A stretch of DNA of 63,838 nucleotides, the filler included, from Basidiobolus ranarum (lineage: Eukaryota), in NCBI GenBank assembly GCA_040143965.1. It is 7 parts of 7 records of this genome, joined end to end, with 100 filler letters (N's around TTAATTAATTAA, not from the genome) between each part and the next. Parts side by side here need not be neighbours in the genome. Positions count along the whole stretch, not along the records: positions 1 to 9,049 come from JASJQH010000878.1; positions 9,150 to 18,193 come from JASJQH010000879.1; 5 more parts are not named here. One strand, written 5' to 3'. The notes beneath the pieces were generated by a model. It saw nothing but the letters and a program-made list of their open reading frames with translations. It ran no database searches and was not told the origin of the DNA. Below, piece by piece: positions 1 through 11,092 of the stretch; positions within the stretch are counted from its first letter, which is position 1, and the number at the start of each line of letters is the position of its first letter. The translations under genes were made by a program, and so were the position numbers.

Positions 1-3000
1 GCATTGCAGTTTATGACCTCTGAATATGTCACTTACAGCCAACTCAATAGGAGAGCTAACCAGTTGGCTCACCATTTGATCCAGTTAGGCGTTTGCCCTG
101 AGTCGATGGTGCCACTCTGCCTTGATAAGTCGGTTTCCATGATTGTAGCAATGCTTGCTGTTCTCAAAGCGGGTGGTGCTTACGTTCCTCTCGATCCAAA
201 TAACCCAGTGGAACGAAATCGCTTCATACTCGAAGAGACTAAAGCCCAAGTAGTAGTGACACTCGATCAATACAAACAAAACTTTGACAATCAGAACTTG
301 ATACTTCTCGATGTCGACAATGAGATAATTCAACAAGAGGCCGAAGAGAATCCCCATGTAAGCGGACTTGATCCCTCAAATCTGTGCTATATTCTGTATA
401 CATCTGGCTCCACTGGTACTCCTAAAGGTGTAATGCTTGAGCACTCGGCCGTGAGCAGCTTTATCCAAGCATTAACTAGTGTTTGGAACCTCAGGGCTGG
501 CGATTCAGTTTTGCAATTTGCCAACTACACCTTCGACGCTTCAGTGATTGAGATACTTTTCCCACTCTCCTTAGGGTCTTGTGTAGCACTGGCTCCGAAA
601 GATATCTTACTAACCAACTTGGAGGAAACTATTGACCAGATGAAGGTGACATCACTGATGTTGACGCCAACTATCGCCTCGTATATTGATCCTGTGAAGA
701 TTCCATCAGTGAAACGATTGATGCTTGGAGGTGAGATGATTACAACTACAGTTCGAAACTCGTGGCTACCTTATGTTCAAGTTGGCAACGCTTATGGTCC
801 AACCGAGGCTGCTGTGGCTATTCTTGCAAACACTCTGCTAGATGATCAAACGGCATGTGGTAACGTTGGGTACTCACTTGGAAGCAGTCAGATATACATC
901 TTGGGTCTGGATATGTGTCCAGTCCCGTTAGGAGTAGTAGGTGAACTGTGCGTCAGTGGTCCTCAACTCGCACGTGGTTATCTTAACCGTCCTGATCTTA
1001 CGGAGAAAGTCTTCGTGTCAAATCCTTTTGCTGCTGGTGAACGTTTATACCGCACTGGTGATTTGGCTCGGTTCAACTCTGATGGATCTGTCGAATTGAT
1101 CGGAAGAAAAGATAACCAGATCAAGCTTCACGGTTTGCGAATCGAATTGGATGAAATAGAGAATGCTCTTTATGACCATTCAAAAGTTGCAAGAGTCTGT
1201 GTTCTCCCGTTAATCACTGATTCTCGCACAAACCATAAAGGCTTAGTTGCTTTCGTTACATTTGATAACTCTACCTATGGTGATCGTGAGGTTGAAGTGT
1301 TACAAGATGAAAACTCTGGCTCAGTCGCTATTTATATTGAACAATTGAGAGACCAGGTGAGAAACAAATTACCATCTCACATGGTACCGAACTTATGGAT
1401 ACCACTAAACCAGATGCCTCTCAACTCCAGTGACAAGATTGACAAAAAAGTGTTAGTTGTCCTCTTTGAGCAACTAGATAACCAGGTACTACGAGCTCTT
1501 GAATGTTCTGATGAACTCGATATTATTCAACCCAGAACTCCAGACGAAATGGCTATTCAAGAAATATGGTCAGAAGTTCTCAATATCCCAAGAAATACTG
1601 TGAGTATCCATCACTCTTTCCGTCAACTTGGTGGAGATTCTATATTAGCTATTCAAGTTTCTTCGATATGCCGAAAACGTGACTTGCACGTTTCTGTACA
1701 CAGTATTTTACAACATCTCACTATCAGTCAACTTGCGGAGCTGGCACCTGTACACGGCACGCAGATGTTAACGAATGATGGACCTACTGAAGGAATTATA
1801 CCACTTTCACCAAATCAGCACATATTCTTGAAATTCGAGCAAGAAAATAAGAATCATTTCAATCAAAGCTGGCTTCTTCAAATTCGGGAATCTGTAAGTT
1901 TGGATATGTTGACCAAATCAATTCAACAATTGATTTCGACTCATGATATTCTCCGTGCCCGGTTTACCCATACCGATAACGAATGGAAGTTACAAGTGCT
2001 TCCATCAGATGGATTTTCTTTTAAAGTTCACTTCTCTCGAATACAATCGGTAGAAGAGTTGAAATCGCATATTCACCAACTTCAGCGTAGCCTTGATCTC
2101 ACAGCAGGACCCTTATTCCAATGCTCGTTGTATGAAGTGTCTGACGGACAGCAATTGATATTCATGACTGTCCATCATTTCATCATCGATTTACTGTCAT
2201 GGGAGGTCATTTGGGATGATCTTGAATCGTTACTTCATGGGAAACAGTGTAGCTATCAATCAATCTCATATATGCAATGGAGTCAGATTCTGTATAATCA
2301 CGCACAGACCTTGGATATATATTCATGGCCTAAACAGCAACTTGCTAAACCATTAATCACTGATAATGCATTACTGGCGAAAAATACTCATGACACCACC
2401 CGCTCACTCTCCTTTAAACTCGATTCTCATTTCACGAAGTTAGCTAAACATTTATGTGCTCAATCTGCAGGCGTACAAATTGTCGATTTACTAGTCTCTT
2501 CATTGGCCTATTCGTATTGCTTTACTTTTGACCAAGAATCTCTTTCCGTCACCCTAGAATCTCACGGGCGCCAGTTCGAGGATGGTAGTGTAGATATTTC
2601 GAGAACCGTAGGATGGTTCACGAATTTATACCCAATCGTTGTTGCGGTAGGAAAAGCCTCATCCCTGATCGACACCGTTTTCCAAACTGTATCTCAGCAT
2701 GACCAAATTCGTGGAAACGAATCGACCTATGGACTTTTAAGATATCTGAATACGAAGACTGCTCCTCTGTTCCGCAAGGACCCTTATCAAGTAGCCCTGA
2801 GTTACATGCCAAATACTCTAGATCCTGACAGCTCCAGTTCCTACTTCCAGCCTGTTGATTCTAAATACAAGTTCGATTTAGGAAGAATCTCTCCCAAATG
2901 GGTACGCCATCAGGTTTTTGACTGTGCAGCTCGCTTTGTAGGAGAACAACTTGAAGTCACCATAGCATACAGTAACGTTATTCATTCTAAATCAGTGGTA

Positions 3001-3828
3001 CAAAGCTGGTTGGACTCGTGGGAAACATCATTAGTTGATGGTATTACATCCATCTCGAAAGGAGAGTTACTTGAACTTGAAGGAGCGTTGCCTCTATATA
3101 CCCATCGTGGGAGCAACGTAACGCTTAAGAATGATGGCTTGACTTTGATCTCCAAGTCGAATACGGAAACTATGTTTATAGTTCATTGTGTCACAGGCAT
3201 GGCTAGTTACTTCGAGTTATTACGAAAATATATGCGATGCACTCTTTACTCCATCAGCGATCCCACCCTCGGTACTCGCGAATCCTTCCACTCCATTGAA
3301 ATGATTGCTGCGACCTACCTCATGGCGATTCGTCGAGCTCAGCCTCACGGTCCTTACTACCTTCATGGGTATTCATTTGGTGGCCTAGTTGGCTTTGAAA
3401 TGGCGCGTCAACTTGAATCCCAAGGTCACCAAGTAGCGAGATTAACCATTATAGACACCATTGCACCAAACCATCAGCCATCGACTATTGAGAACCCATC
3501 AAAAGTCTATTCTGATAGTCAAAAGTATCTTGACTTAATCTCAACTTTGGGTCAATGGAATTTGAATGAATCCGTCACACAAATGATTTTAGAAAAAATC
3601 GAGAATAATCTACGGTTAGCACGAGAGTACCGACCTCCGATAAGAAAACTGTCCACTAATATAGTATTAGTAAAGGCAGTGGCAGTGTCAGTGTCACATC
3701 CAGAATTACCTGAATGTTATGGCTGGTCAGAATACACAAATAGAGTAATCATTCATCATGTGAATGCGGAACATCATCAACTTATGTTTGAACCTAATGT
3801 GTCCAAGATTGCCCAATATCTTCAATAG
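1..3828 (+). CDS. Non-ribosomal peptide synthetase, C-terminal part (A-T-E-TE); 5'-truncated, intronless
   Basis: Frame open from base 1. A-domain motifs LKAGGAYVPLDP, YTSGSTGTPKG, NAYGPTE, GELCVSGPQLARGYL, YRTGDL, GRKDNQIKLHGLRIELDEIE. Carrier motif GGDSI (1630-1644). Epimerase motifs HHFIIDLLSW, ESHGRQ, RTVGWFT, YGLLRYL. Thioesterase GYSFG (3367-3381), IIDT, EHH. Confidence 0.95.
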   Translation, partial: ALQFMTSEYVTYSQLNRRANQLAHHLIQLGVCPESMVPLCLDKSVSMIVAMLAVLKAGGAYVPLDPNNPVERNRFILEETKAQVVVTLDQYKQNFDNQNLILLDVDNEIIQQEAEENPHVSGLDPSNLCYILYTSGSTGTPKGVMLEHSAVSSFIQALTSVWNLRAGDSVLQFANYTFDASVIEILFPLSLGSCVALAPKDILLTNLEETIDQMKVTSLMLTPTIASYIDPVKIPSVKRLMLGGEMITTTVRNSWLPYVQVGNAYGPTEAAVAILANTLLDDQTACGNVGYSLGSSQIYILGLDMCPVPLGVVGELCVSGPQLARGYLNRPDLTEKVFVSNPFAAGERLYRTGDLARFNSDGSVELIGRKDNQIKLHGLRIELDEIENALYDHSKVARVCVLPLITDSRTNHKGLVAFVTFDNSTYGDREVEVLQDENSGSVAIYIEQLRDQVRNKLPSHMVPNLWIPLNQMPLNSSDKIDKKVLVVLFEQLDNQVLRALECSDELDIIQPRTPDEMAIQEIWSEVLNIPRNTVSIHHSFRQLGGDSILAIQVSSICRKRDLHVSVHSILQHLTISQLAELAPVHGTQMLTNDGPTEGIIPLSPNQHIFLKFEQENKNHFNQSWLLQIRESVSLDMLTKSIQQLISTHDILRARFTHTDNEWKLQVLPSDGFSFKVHFSRIQSVEELKSHIHQLQRSLDLTAGPLFQCSLYEVSDGQQLIFMTVHHFIIDLLSWEVIWDDLESLLHGKQCSYQSISYMQWSQILYNHAQTLDIYSWPKQQLAKPLITDNALLAKNTHDTTRSLSFKLDSHFTKLAKHLCAQSAGVQIVDLLVSSLAYSYCFTFDQESLSVTLESHGRQFEDGSVDISRTVGWFTNLYPIVVAVGKASSLIDTVFQTVSQHDQIRGNESTYGLLRYLNTKTAPLFRKDPYQVALSYMPNTLDPDSSSSYFQPVDSKYKFDLGRISPKWVRHQVFDCAARFVGEQLEVTIAYSNVIHSKSVVQSWLDSWETSLVDGITSISKGELLELEGALPLYTHRGSNVTLKNDGLTLISKSNTETMFIVHCVTGMASYFELLRKYMRCTLYSISDPTLGTRESFHSIEMIAATYLMAIRRAQPHGPYYLHGYSFGGLVGFEMARQLESQGHQVARLTIIDTIAPNHQPSTIENPSKVYSDSQKYLDLISTLGQWNLNESVTQMILEKIENNLRLAREYRPPIRKLSTNIVLVKAVAVSVSHPELPECYGWSEYTNRVIIHHVNAEHHQLMFEPNVSKIAQYLQ

Positions 3829-4373
3829 TTCCATTTAGCCTACTTTACATCTCTTTATATTATATCTCACCAAAGATTGTTCTTTCCAAAAAAATTCCCT
3901 CTTCTTTCTGCATTCTTACATGGTGCTCAGTTGTGTATGCAAAATTTAACTTGATTAAATAAATATTATATTGATTTACTCGTGGATGTGTGAACTTTCA
4001 TTTTATATCCTGCTCCTGCCTGATGTACTTTTGATCTGGATTCTGGAAACTCATTCTTGTGGTTTGTTTGTTGGCTTATATGTGCAGGTGGTAATTTCAT
4101 GCTATAAATTCTGTCATAACCGATAGTAATAATCTATTATAGACAGAGCAGTATTTTAAAAAAACTCGAGTGAATTATTTTCTGGAAATGAAATAGCATT
4201 GGTGTATTAAGTCACATAAGTGTATCATAGCATTTGGATAGTATAAAATATTTATGAATTCTGTAAATAAAATTGAAATCTCAATTCAAACAAATGTGCC
4301 CGGCTTACGTTCGGACACAAGCAATCCCCCCCCCCCCCATTTATCAAATCATAATTCTTCAAGCTTCATTGAT

Positions 4374-5340
4374 TCACCAAGGAAGAGTGTTTCCATCAGA
4401 ATCAAAGAATTTTCCATTATCCGAGTTTGATAAGCTGTCCACCACTTGCAGCATTTTTGAAATACTATTCTCAACAGTGACGAAGGCCTGTTTCCCACCC
4501 ATATCTAAAATGTTAGAATAATCTATTAAAATCAAATATTTGTGTGACTTCCAATTGCTCTCTAACCAGTTTGAACCCAACCAGGATGTAGAGAAATAAC
4601 AGTAAAGTTCTTCTCTCCAAGTTCCTTCGCTAAACAAGCGGTCACTATAAAAGAAATGGATTACATTCTTGATGCTCATGTAGAAATAACCATATAAGCC
4701 ATACAAACCCATATTCAGAGCTGCCTTAGTTACCCCATATCCCATGGTGGAAGGGGCATTACCATTGATTTTAATTGACCCCAGGATAGATCCAATATTT
4801 ATGATTAACTTCCTCTTGCCACGTTCTAACAAGGGAATAAACTCTTGAGTCGTGATCACTGGGCCACTAACGTTGGTAGCTAACATGGATTCTAACTCGG
4901 TCTTTTTTCTATAAAAATGGGTAAATAATTGCGGCCATCAAATATTCAATGATCAAACTCTCACTAACGTTTTGATTAGCCCGCCAGCCCTAATCATAAC
5001 ACCAGCATTGTTTATCAACACGTCGACACCATCGCTTGCAAGTTTCGAAATCTCTCCAGCACTTGCCTAAATTAATGAAAGTAAAGTTTTGGAAGGCTTA
5101 ATCCAATGATAATGCGGTATAAGTCTTAATAGTGCATACCTTTACAGATATTTCGTCCGTAACATCAAGTTTTTGAATACTTAATCTATCTCCCGATAAA
5201 TGTTTCAGTTCGGTAAGGTTAGCTGCTGACGAAGGATTTCTACAGCAAGCGAAAACCTTGGTTCCATTCTTCTGAAGAATTTGGCGTACATATTCCAATC
5301 CTATGCCACGAGAAGCACCGGTCACCACATAAGTAAACAT
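4374..5340 (-). CDS. Short-chain dehydrogenase/reductase, C-factor/CsgA-like (about 5 exons)
   Basis: TGASRGIG Rossmann motif; after splicing short GT-AG introns (first one 5067-5139): DVLINNAG, YGVTK catalytic motif, HPGWVQTDMG and C-terminal GKFFDSDGNTLPW. Confidence 0.9.
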
Positions 5341-6428
5341 TCAAGAAAAGTCAATCTGAAATGAACGCTATCTCTGCTTTTATACGGTCCTACTAAATGA
5401 TGAGTAATTCACCAATAAATAGGACTGTTAACGAGAGGTTTTATTTCACTCATCACAGTGATTATTTGGTAATTAAGTAGTCATCACCGCAGCAATGAGC
5501 CTAGTTTGTCTGAACTACGTGGGGAATTTTGCATGAATCGATTTTGATCTTCAGATAACCAATGTGATTGGTGCTTGGGTTTCAGAGATTAAGGGGGATG
5601 CGGTACATCTTACTCGTTTCGTCACCTTCAACAAGAAATATACAAAAATGTTAGTCAGGACACAAAATAACATTGTTAACGAAATTCATGAAGGAAGTAC
5701 AAGCAGCTATATCGCTTCAACTACGATGATCAATATACCATCTAGTGACTAACGGTTTATTAAAGAACATTAAGAAACAGAAACTTAGATGTAGACTTGG
5801 TCAAAAATCTGACATGGATTTATGTTGAAAGGTTTATATGAGTCATATCACATCTGAGCTATATGTTCAAATACCCATTCTATACAAATTAGTATTCTTA
5901 CATCATTCTCACATCAGACTTCTTGAAGCAGAGATGGCCTCAGATTTGGGAGAGATGAGACTTCTAAACTGGATGGGGAACAAATCATACCATCAGTAAT
6001 TGTTAAGGGGTTAGGGTTCAGCAGTTAGTACTAACCTGAGTAATGCAACCGATACCTTAAAGTATCAGTAACAGTTTTTATACTCTGTAATCTCATTACC
6101 GACGTGCTCAGAGATCTCTTCTCTATTGAAAGAATAAAGATGATTGCATTTCGACCTGTAGATGTACTTATTTGGCAAGTTTGCTTATTCTAAATATTAA
6201 TCCATCCAGGTAAACTCTTCGAATGTCTAATGCTTAAGATTAAGATTGAGTCATGTGATTTCTAAATGGTGGCTTCACCTACCGATATGTTAAGTTCCAA
6301 AAAAATATGCACACCATAATTTCTGTTCGATCCGGGTTTCTGGGCTTTCGATTCGCGATCGAAACACACATGAACGTTTATTCAAATTGATTAAAAACGG
6401 TGCCTGGTCATTCTTGACAATCAGGCTC

Positions 6429-7682
6429 TTATTGGTTAGAGTTGAAAACCAAAAGATTGGGAGTATTACCTCTCAATCCAGTAATAACATTCTTGGTGGC
6501 TCTGGCTGAGAGAGCGTCATAAACAGCTTGAGGGGAGTTAAATCCTTCCTGTGCCAAATAGAGAGCTGCAACTCCAGCAACATGAGGACTAGCCATGCTA
6601 GTACCGGAAATCTTATTGGTAGCGGTGGTACTTCCAATCCAGGCAGAGGTGATATCTTGGCCAGGAGCTGCAATAGTAACACATTCGCCGTAGTTGGTGA
6701 AGCTAGCGGCAGTATCGGAGATTGTAGTAGCGGCAACAGTATAAGCACCTGCAGCATTAGCTGGTGATACATTGCAAGCATCTTGACTCTCATTACCAGC
6801 AGCTACGATGAAACTGACTCCAGCCTGTACTGCAGAATCCACAGCTTGCTTCAACGCCTCACTGTTACCACCACCAAGCGACATGTTAGCCACGCTCTTC
6901 CTGCCTGAGCTTCTGGCTCTTTGAGCCACCCAGTTAATGCCAGAAATGATTCCGGAAGTACTACCGCTACCAGCACCACTCAACACCTTGACACCGATGA
7001 GATTTACTTTCTTGGCTACACCGTAAGTGTTACCTCCGACAGTACCAGCAACGTGTGTGCCATGACCGTTAAGATCATCAGTAGCTTCACCACTAATAAA
7101 GCTTACGGGAAGAGTGGCTCTTCCACCAAAGTCAGAATGTCTAACATTGATACCAGTATCGATGATGTAAACATCCACACCTGCACCAGCATTATCAGGA
7201 TAATTGTATGGAGCATTAGTATTTCTGGCTCTTTGAGAGACTCTTGGTAGTCCCCAACTAGGTGGGCTATTCTGAGTACCAGAAATAGTGAAAATCTGTT
7301 CAGCTTCAACGTACTCGACATCAGCGTTCCCTTTAAGATCTTTGACAAAGGAGTCGCTAAGAACACCTGCGTAAGCATTAAAGCTGGAAAGAGAGAATCG
7401 GGTCTTTATTTCATTCTTGAGAGTATTATTCCCACTGCGGCCACGGTTATATTGGTCCAACTTTGTCTTCAAGAACTGGTCAACTTAAAAAATAGAGAAA
7501 TATTAGAAGCTGGATTTGGGTTTAGTCTATTATGACACTCAAGTACCTTTGTTAGCATCAGCAGTATTTTTAATCTTGACGATGTAGCGATTGGCAACCT
7601 CCGGTGTTTGAGCTTCAGAGAAAGGCATTGCTAAAAGGATAGCGACCAAGGATCCCAAGGCAAAAGTACGAATGCTAATCAT
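6429..7682 (-). CDS. Secreted subtilisin-like serine protease (S8A, proteinase K type) with signal peptide and I9 propeptide
   Basis: ATG at 7682 gives signal peptide MISIRTFALGSLVAILLAMPFSEA; one intron 7484-7546; catalytic triad IIDTG, HGTHVAG, GTSMASPH. Confidence 0.95.
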
Positions 7683-9049
7683 AGTTGAATATCAAGTCTT
7701 TGTAGATAAGATTGTGTTGAAAAACTTGGTAGAATGGTGGGCTTTATATACAACTTGGTGTGTTTTACGAGTTTAATTGACAACAGAATACGACTCCTTT
7801 TACTTCTCACATATCCATCTTTCCCAAATATTTTAGTAATAATGATTGTTGATGAATTTAATAGACAACCACTTGGTTGTATCCGTGAGAAATGATTTCC
7901 AGGATATTTCACAAAACTGGTTGGTACCTTTTTTTTAATTCAAACATATACGGCGACTTCGAACCTGGTTAAACAAGGTCTAGAAGTCATTCGAGCTTTT
8001 TTCCATAAATATATACTTATGTTAGAGTTAATGGTCAGAATATCTATGGTAAATGATCAACATCATTCATTCAATAGAAGCCAACCAAAATGATGTCAAC
8101 AAGATGTGGGTCCACTACTTCATTTCTCACGGACAAGATTTATCCTCATAATCTACGCTCCTATGTAAGTTACCTTATGCCGTAGGTAACGTAATAAACA
8201 CTTTTTCTGGCGACGGAAAACATTCCCACCAGCTTCAATATGCTAACGATAAGACTTAGCATGACGATACAAGGTAAACACTTATAGGAAATTGAGTTAA
8301 GCATGTGATCGTTCCCGACATCTTTTCACTCATCTGATATTCTTTTCAAATCACTGCCTTATTTGAACTATTTTTCAGGCGATACGGAATATTGCGACTT
8401 ATTTTTGCTGTCTTGATGCTAGATATGATCTCCATACCAGATACCTGTAAGTCACTAAACCACACCGAAATACTACTCATATTTATGAATGCATAATGTT
8501 TCTAAAACAATGAGAGTAAGTAGTGCGGTGCGTTATAGAGCAACATGTTCTGAAATGGTCTGATAGTTCCAGATGCCTCATTTATAGCAGAGATTACATA
8601 ATATCACTTATCACAGCAGATAACTAGATATCCGGCAATTTACTCTCTTAAACTACTCTCCTTTAGTCAGAGGAGTCATTACGATACAGTCAGCGTTACT
8701 GTTATCACTAATGGTTAGTAAGTTTCGGAAGCTCTGTCAATGAATAGATGAAATACACAATAGATACTGTTACCTATGTAAAAGAATAAGATTCTAACGC
8801 TTATTGTCGAAGTAACTATGGATATTGATTCGTAATGGGTAACCTACCTTCAAAAGATCAATAACTTATTTCGTGGCTGCTCTAATATCACCTTCGCTAG
8901 CTGTTCATGCAAGGCTAATGTGCACATTAAGAGGATAGTTAATTGACATAAGCCAATGGAGAATATAATCCATTACAACCATGAGCTTCAATGCAAGATG
9001 CAGCCCTACCCTAACCCTGACTTCTTTCTTTCATTGTCTTTACGATGAT

Positions 9050-9149
9050 NNNNNNNNNNNNNNNNNNNNNNNNNNNNNNNNNNNNNNNNNNNNTTAATTA
9101 ATTAANNNNNNNNNNNNNNNNNNNNNNNNNNNNNNNNNNNNNNNNNNNN
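9050..9149. other. Artificial contig-join spacer (N44-TTAATTAATTAA-N44)
   Basis: Exactly 100 bp with a six-frame stop linker; identical at all six joins. Confidence 0.97.
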
Positions 9150-9448
9150 TAGGTTTAGATTTTGTACTATTTTTCTACTTTTTTTTAATGGTATTGTAAT
9201 GGCATTGAACCCATTTTCTTATGGTAACTCTACCAGCCTTCAATTCCTACCATTTTCTTACAACACTTCCTACCCCTATATTTGTGTTTTTTCTGGTTTT
9301 CCTGTGGTATTCATACCCATATTTTTCATAGGGAACTCTCAACTCAAAATATTACTTAGTGTAAACCACCTACTTATCCATTACTCCACACCACTTCAAA
9401 CAGATTCCCAAAGTACCTTCACACTAAGGACCATATGAGCATAGTTTG

Positions 9449-9787
9449 TGTTGAGATTAGCTTTGCCTAAACACCTATATAGTCATATATAGCTTAGTAC
9501 TTAGTTATCTTCTATTTCACAATGATATTATCCATTATTCTCATGAGGAATTTACTTAGAATATTGACACCAACTTAGAAGTTCTCAGATATATATATTT
9601 TTCAAAGAAGCCCCAAATTTTGCATACATGTTCCTGGGACCTTCTTTAACACATTCTACACGTTTTTTTGCTTACATCTTGACAAAACTATAAATGTCAA
9701 CTTTCTACTCAATAAATCAATAAGTGAAAACCACCAATTTCTCTAATTCTCCAAACCAATTCCAACAGGCTCCCAAATACTTTAACA
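9449..9787 (+). mobile_element. Solo LTR, copia-like family, copy A
   Basis: TGTTG...TAACA termini, 5-bp TSD GTTTG (9444-9448 and 9788-9792), internal CTATAAAT and AATAAA; highly similar to 46878-47225. Confidence 0.88.
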
Positions 9788-11092
9788 GTTTGCAGCTTCT
9801 AGGAAAAATTTAAAGAATGTATATAGCTGAGAACTTCCAAGTTGGCAAAAATATTCCCAGTAAGTTTGGATTAAAAATATTATATCGATGTTTAGGCTAT
9901 GCTAATTTTGTTATTATGTATTTCGGGTTTGTTCATGTATCTCTAATTTGAAGTATTAGAAGGAAGCAACAATATATATGTGTATCATATATACCAAAAG
10001 CTTACGTAGTGAATACATATCAAGTAACATTTGTTAAAACGTTTTGGATGTTCCAGAGATATAGTGATATTACGAAGCCTTCACCTTACCCAAAACTCAC
10101 GTTACCATGGTCCCCAATTCACTCGGTCTTTGAGAAGCGCAAATCTTATGATATATATCTCACCACCAACCTGAGAAGAAGTTTTTTCTTTCGACTCGAT
10201 AAAGCGTTTGGTACAAAGTAAACATTAGTCTTATTACACCCTAACCTAACCACTTCAAATACAGTGAAAGAACTTGAGTAATTTAGATCAGTTCAAAGAA
10301 ATACATTGATTTGTTAAGTAATTAAGAACTTTTGAGAATATTGAGATAATAACTGATAGCTTGTAAATGGTGTAAATGTGGAATAGGATATTTAGACTGC
10401 AATATTCAGTTTATCTTTTCACGCATTCCGCAATGTATTCCAAACATAACACAATATCAGATGTGACTAGCAAAAGAAATCTAACCTCATCATCAAACAA
10501 CATTGAATTACTAAATACGAACTACTGCGAGATCTCAATTCTGATATATCTGCTTTGAATCTATTGAGGTTATAGCTGACATTCATCACTAGTGAGTCTA
10601 GAGTAACTGCGATGATTAATAATGAACTTCTCTGAAATTTCACTCAACCTTACTTTACTACGGTTCCATTGAAACCAGTCACAAATAATGCTTGACATAT
10701 GGCTTGTTATAACTGGCTAAGATATTCACGAATACTTTGATAGGACCAATGATCTATCCCCAGATAGGCCATTCAAGTTGATATTCTAACGAATGAAACT
10801 GAGCATTCTAATAGGATTCCAATATTCATGATAATATTCCAATTAAATATGGGATTTCTCAAGAATCCCAAAGAAAGGTTAGGTGTATAGTTGTATACAG
10901 ATATATGTTATGGTAATCTGCGAAATGCAACTAAATTCATGTTAATTTTTCAAAATTCATAGAGAATTTCTTTACCTTACCCTTTATTCTATTCCTTCCT
11001 TCAAACTCCTATCTTCCACTCTCCTATCCTACCTCAAACCACCCACCTTATATTCTTTTGAAAGGAAACTTTTCTTTCAACTTATTGCTATC

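Noticed and set aside
6320-6366. tRNA-like GTTCGA and hairpin downstream of the subtilisin gene
   Set aside because: No cloverleaf or A-box; only a 7-bp stem.
1-9049. Beta-lactam (ACV synthetase/IPNS) cluster
   Set aside because: Only the E-TE architecture is shared; no isopenicillin N synthase is visible and the upstream modules are missing.
9094-9105. Palindromic TTAATTAATTAA recurring every ~9.1 kb as a biological periodic element
   Set aside because: Always centred in N-runs of identical length; it is an assembly linker.
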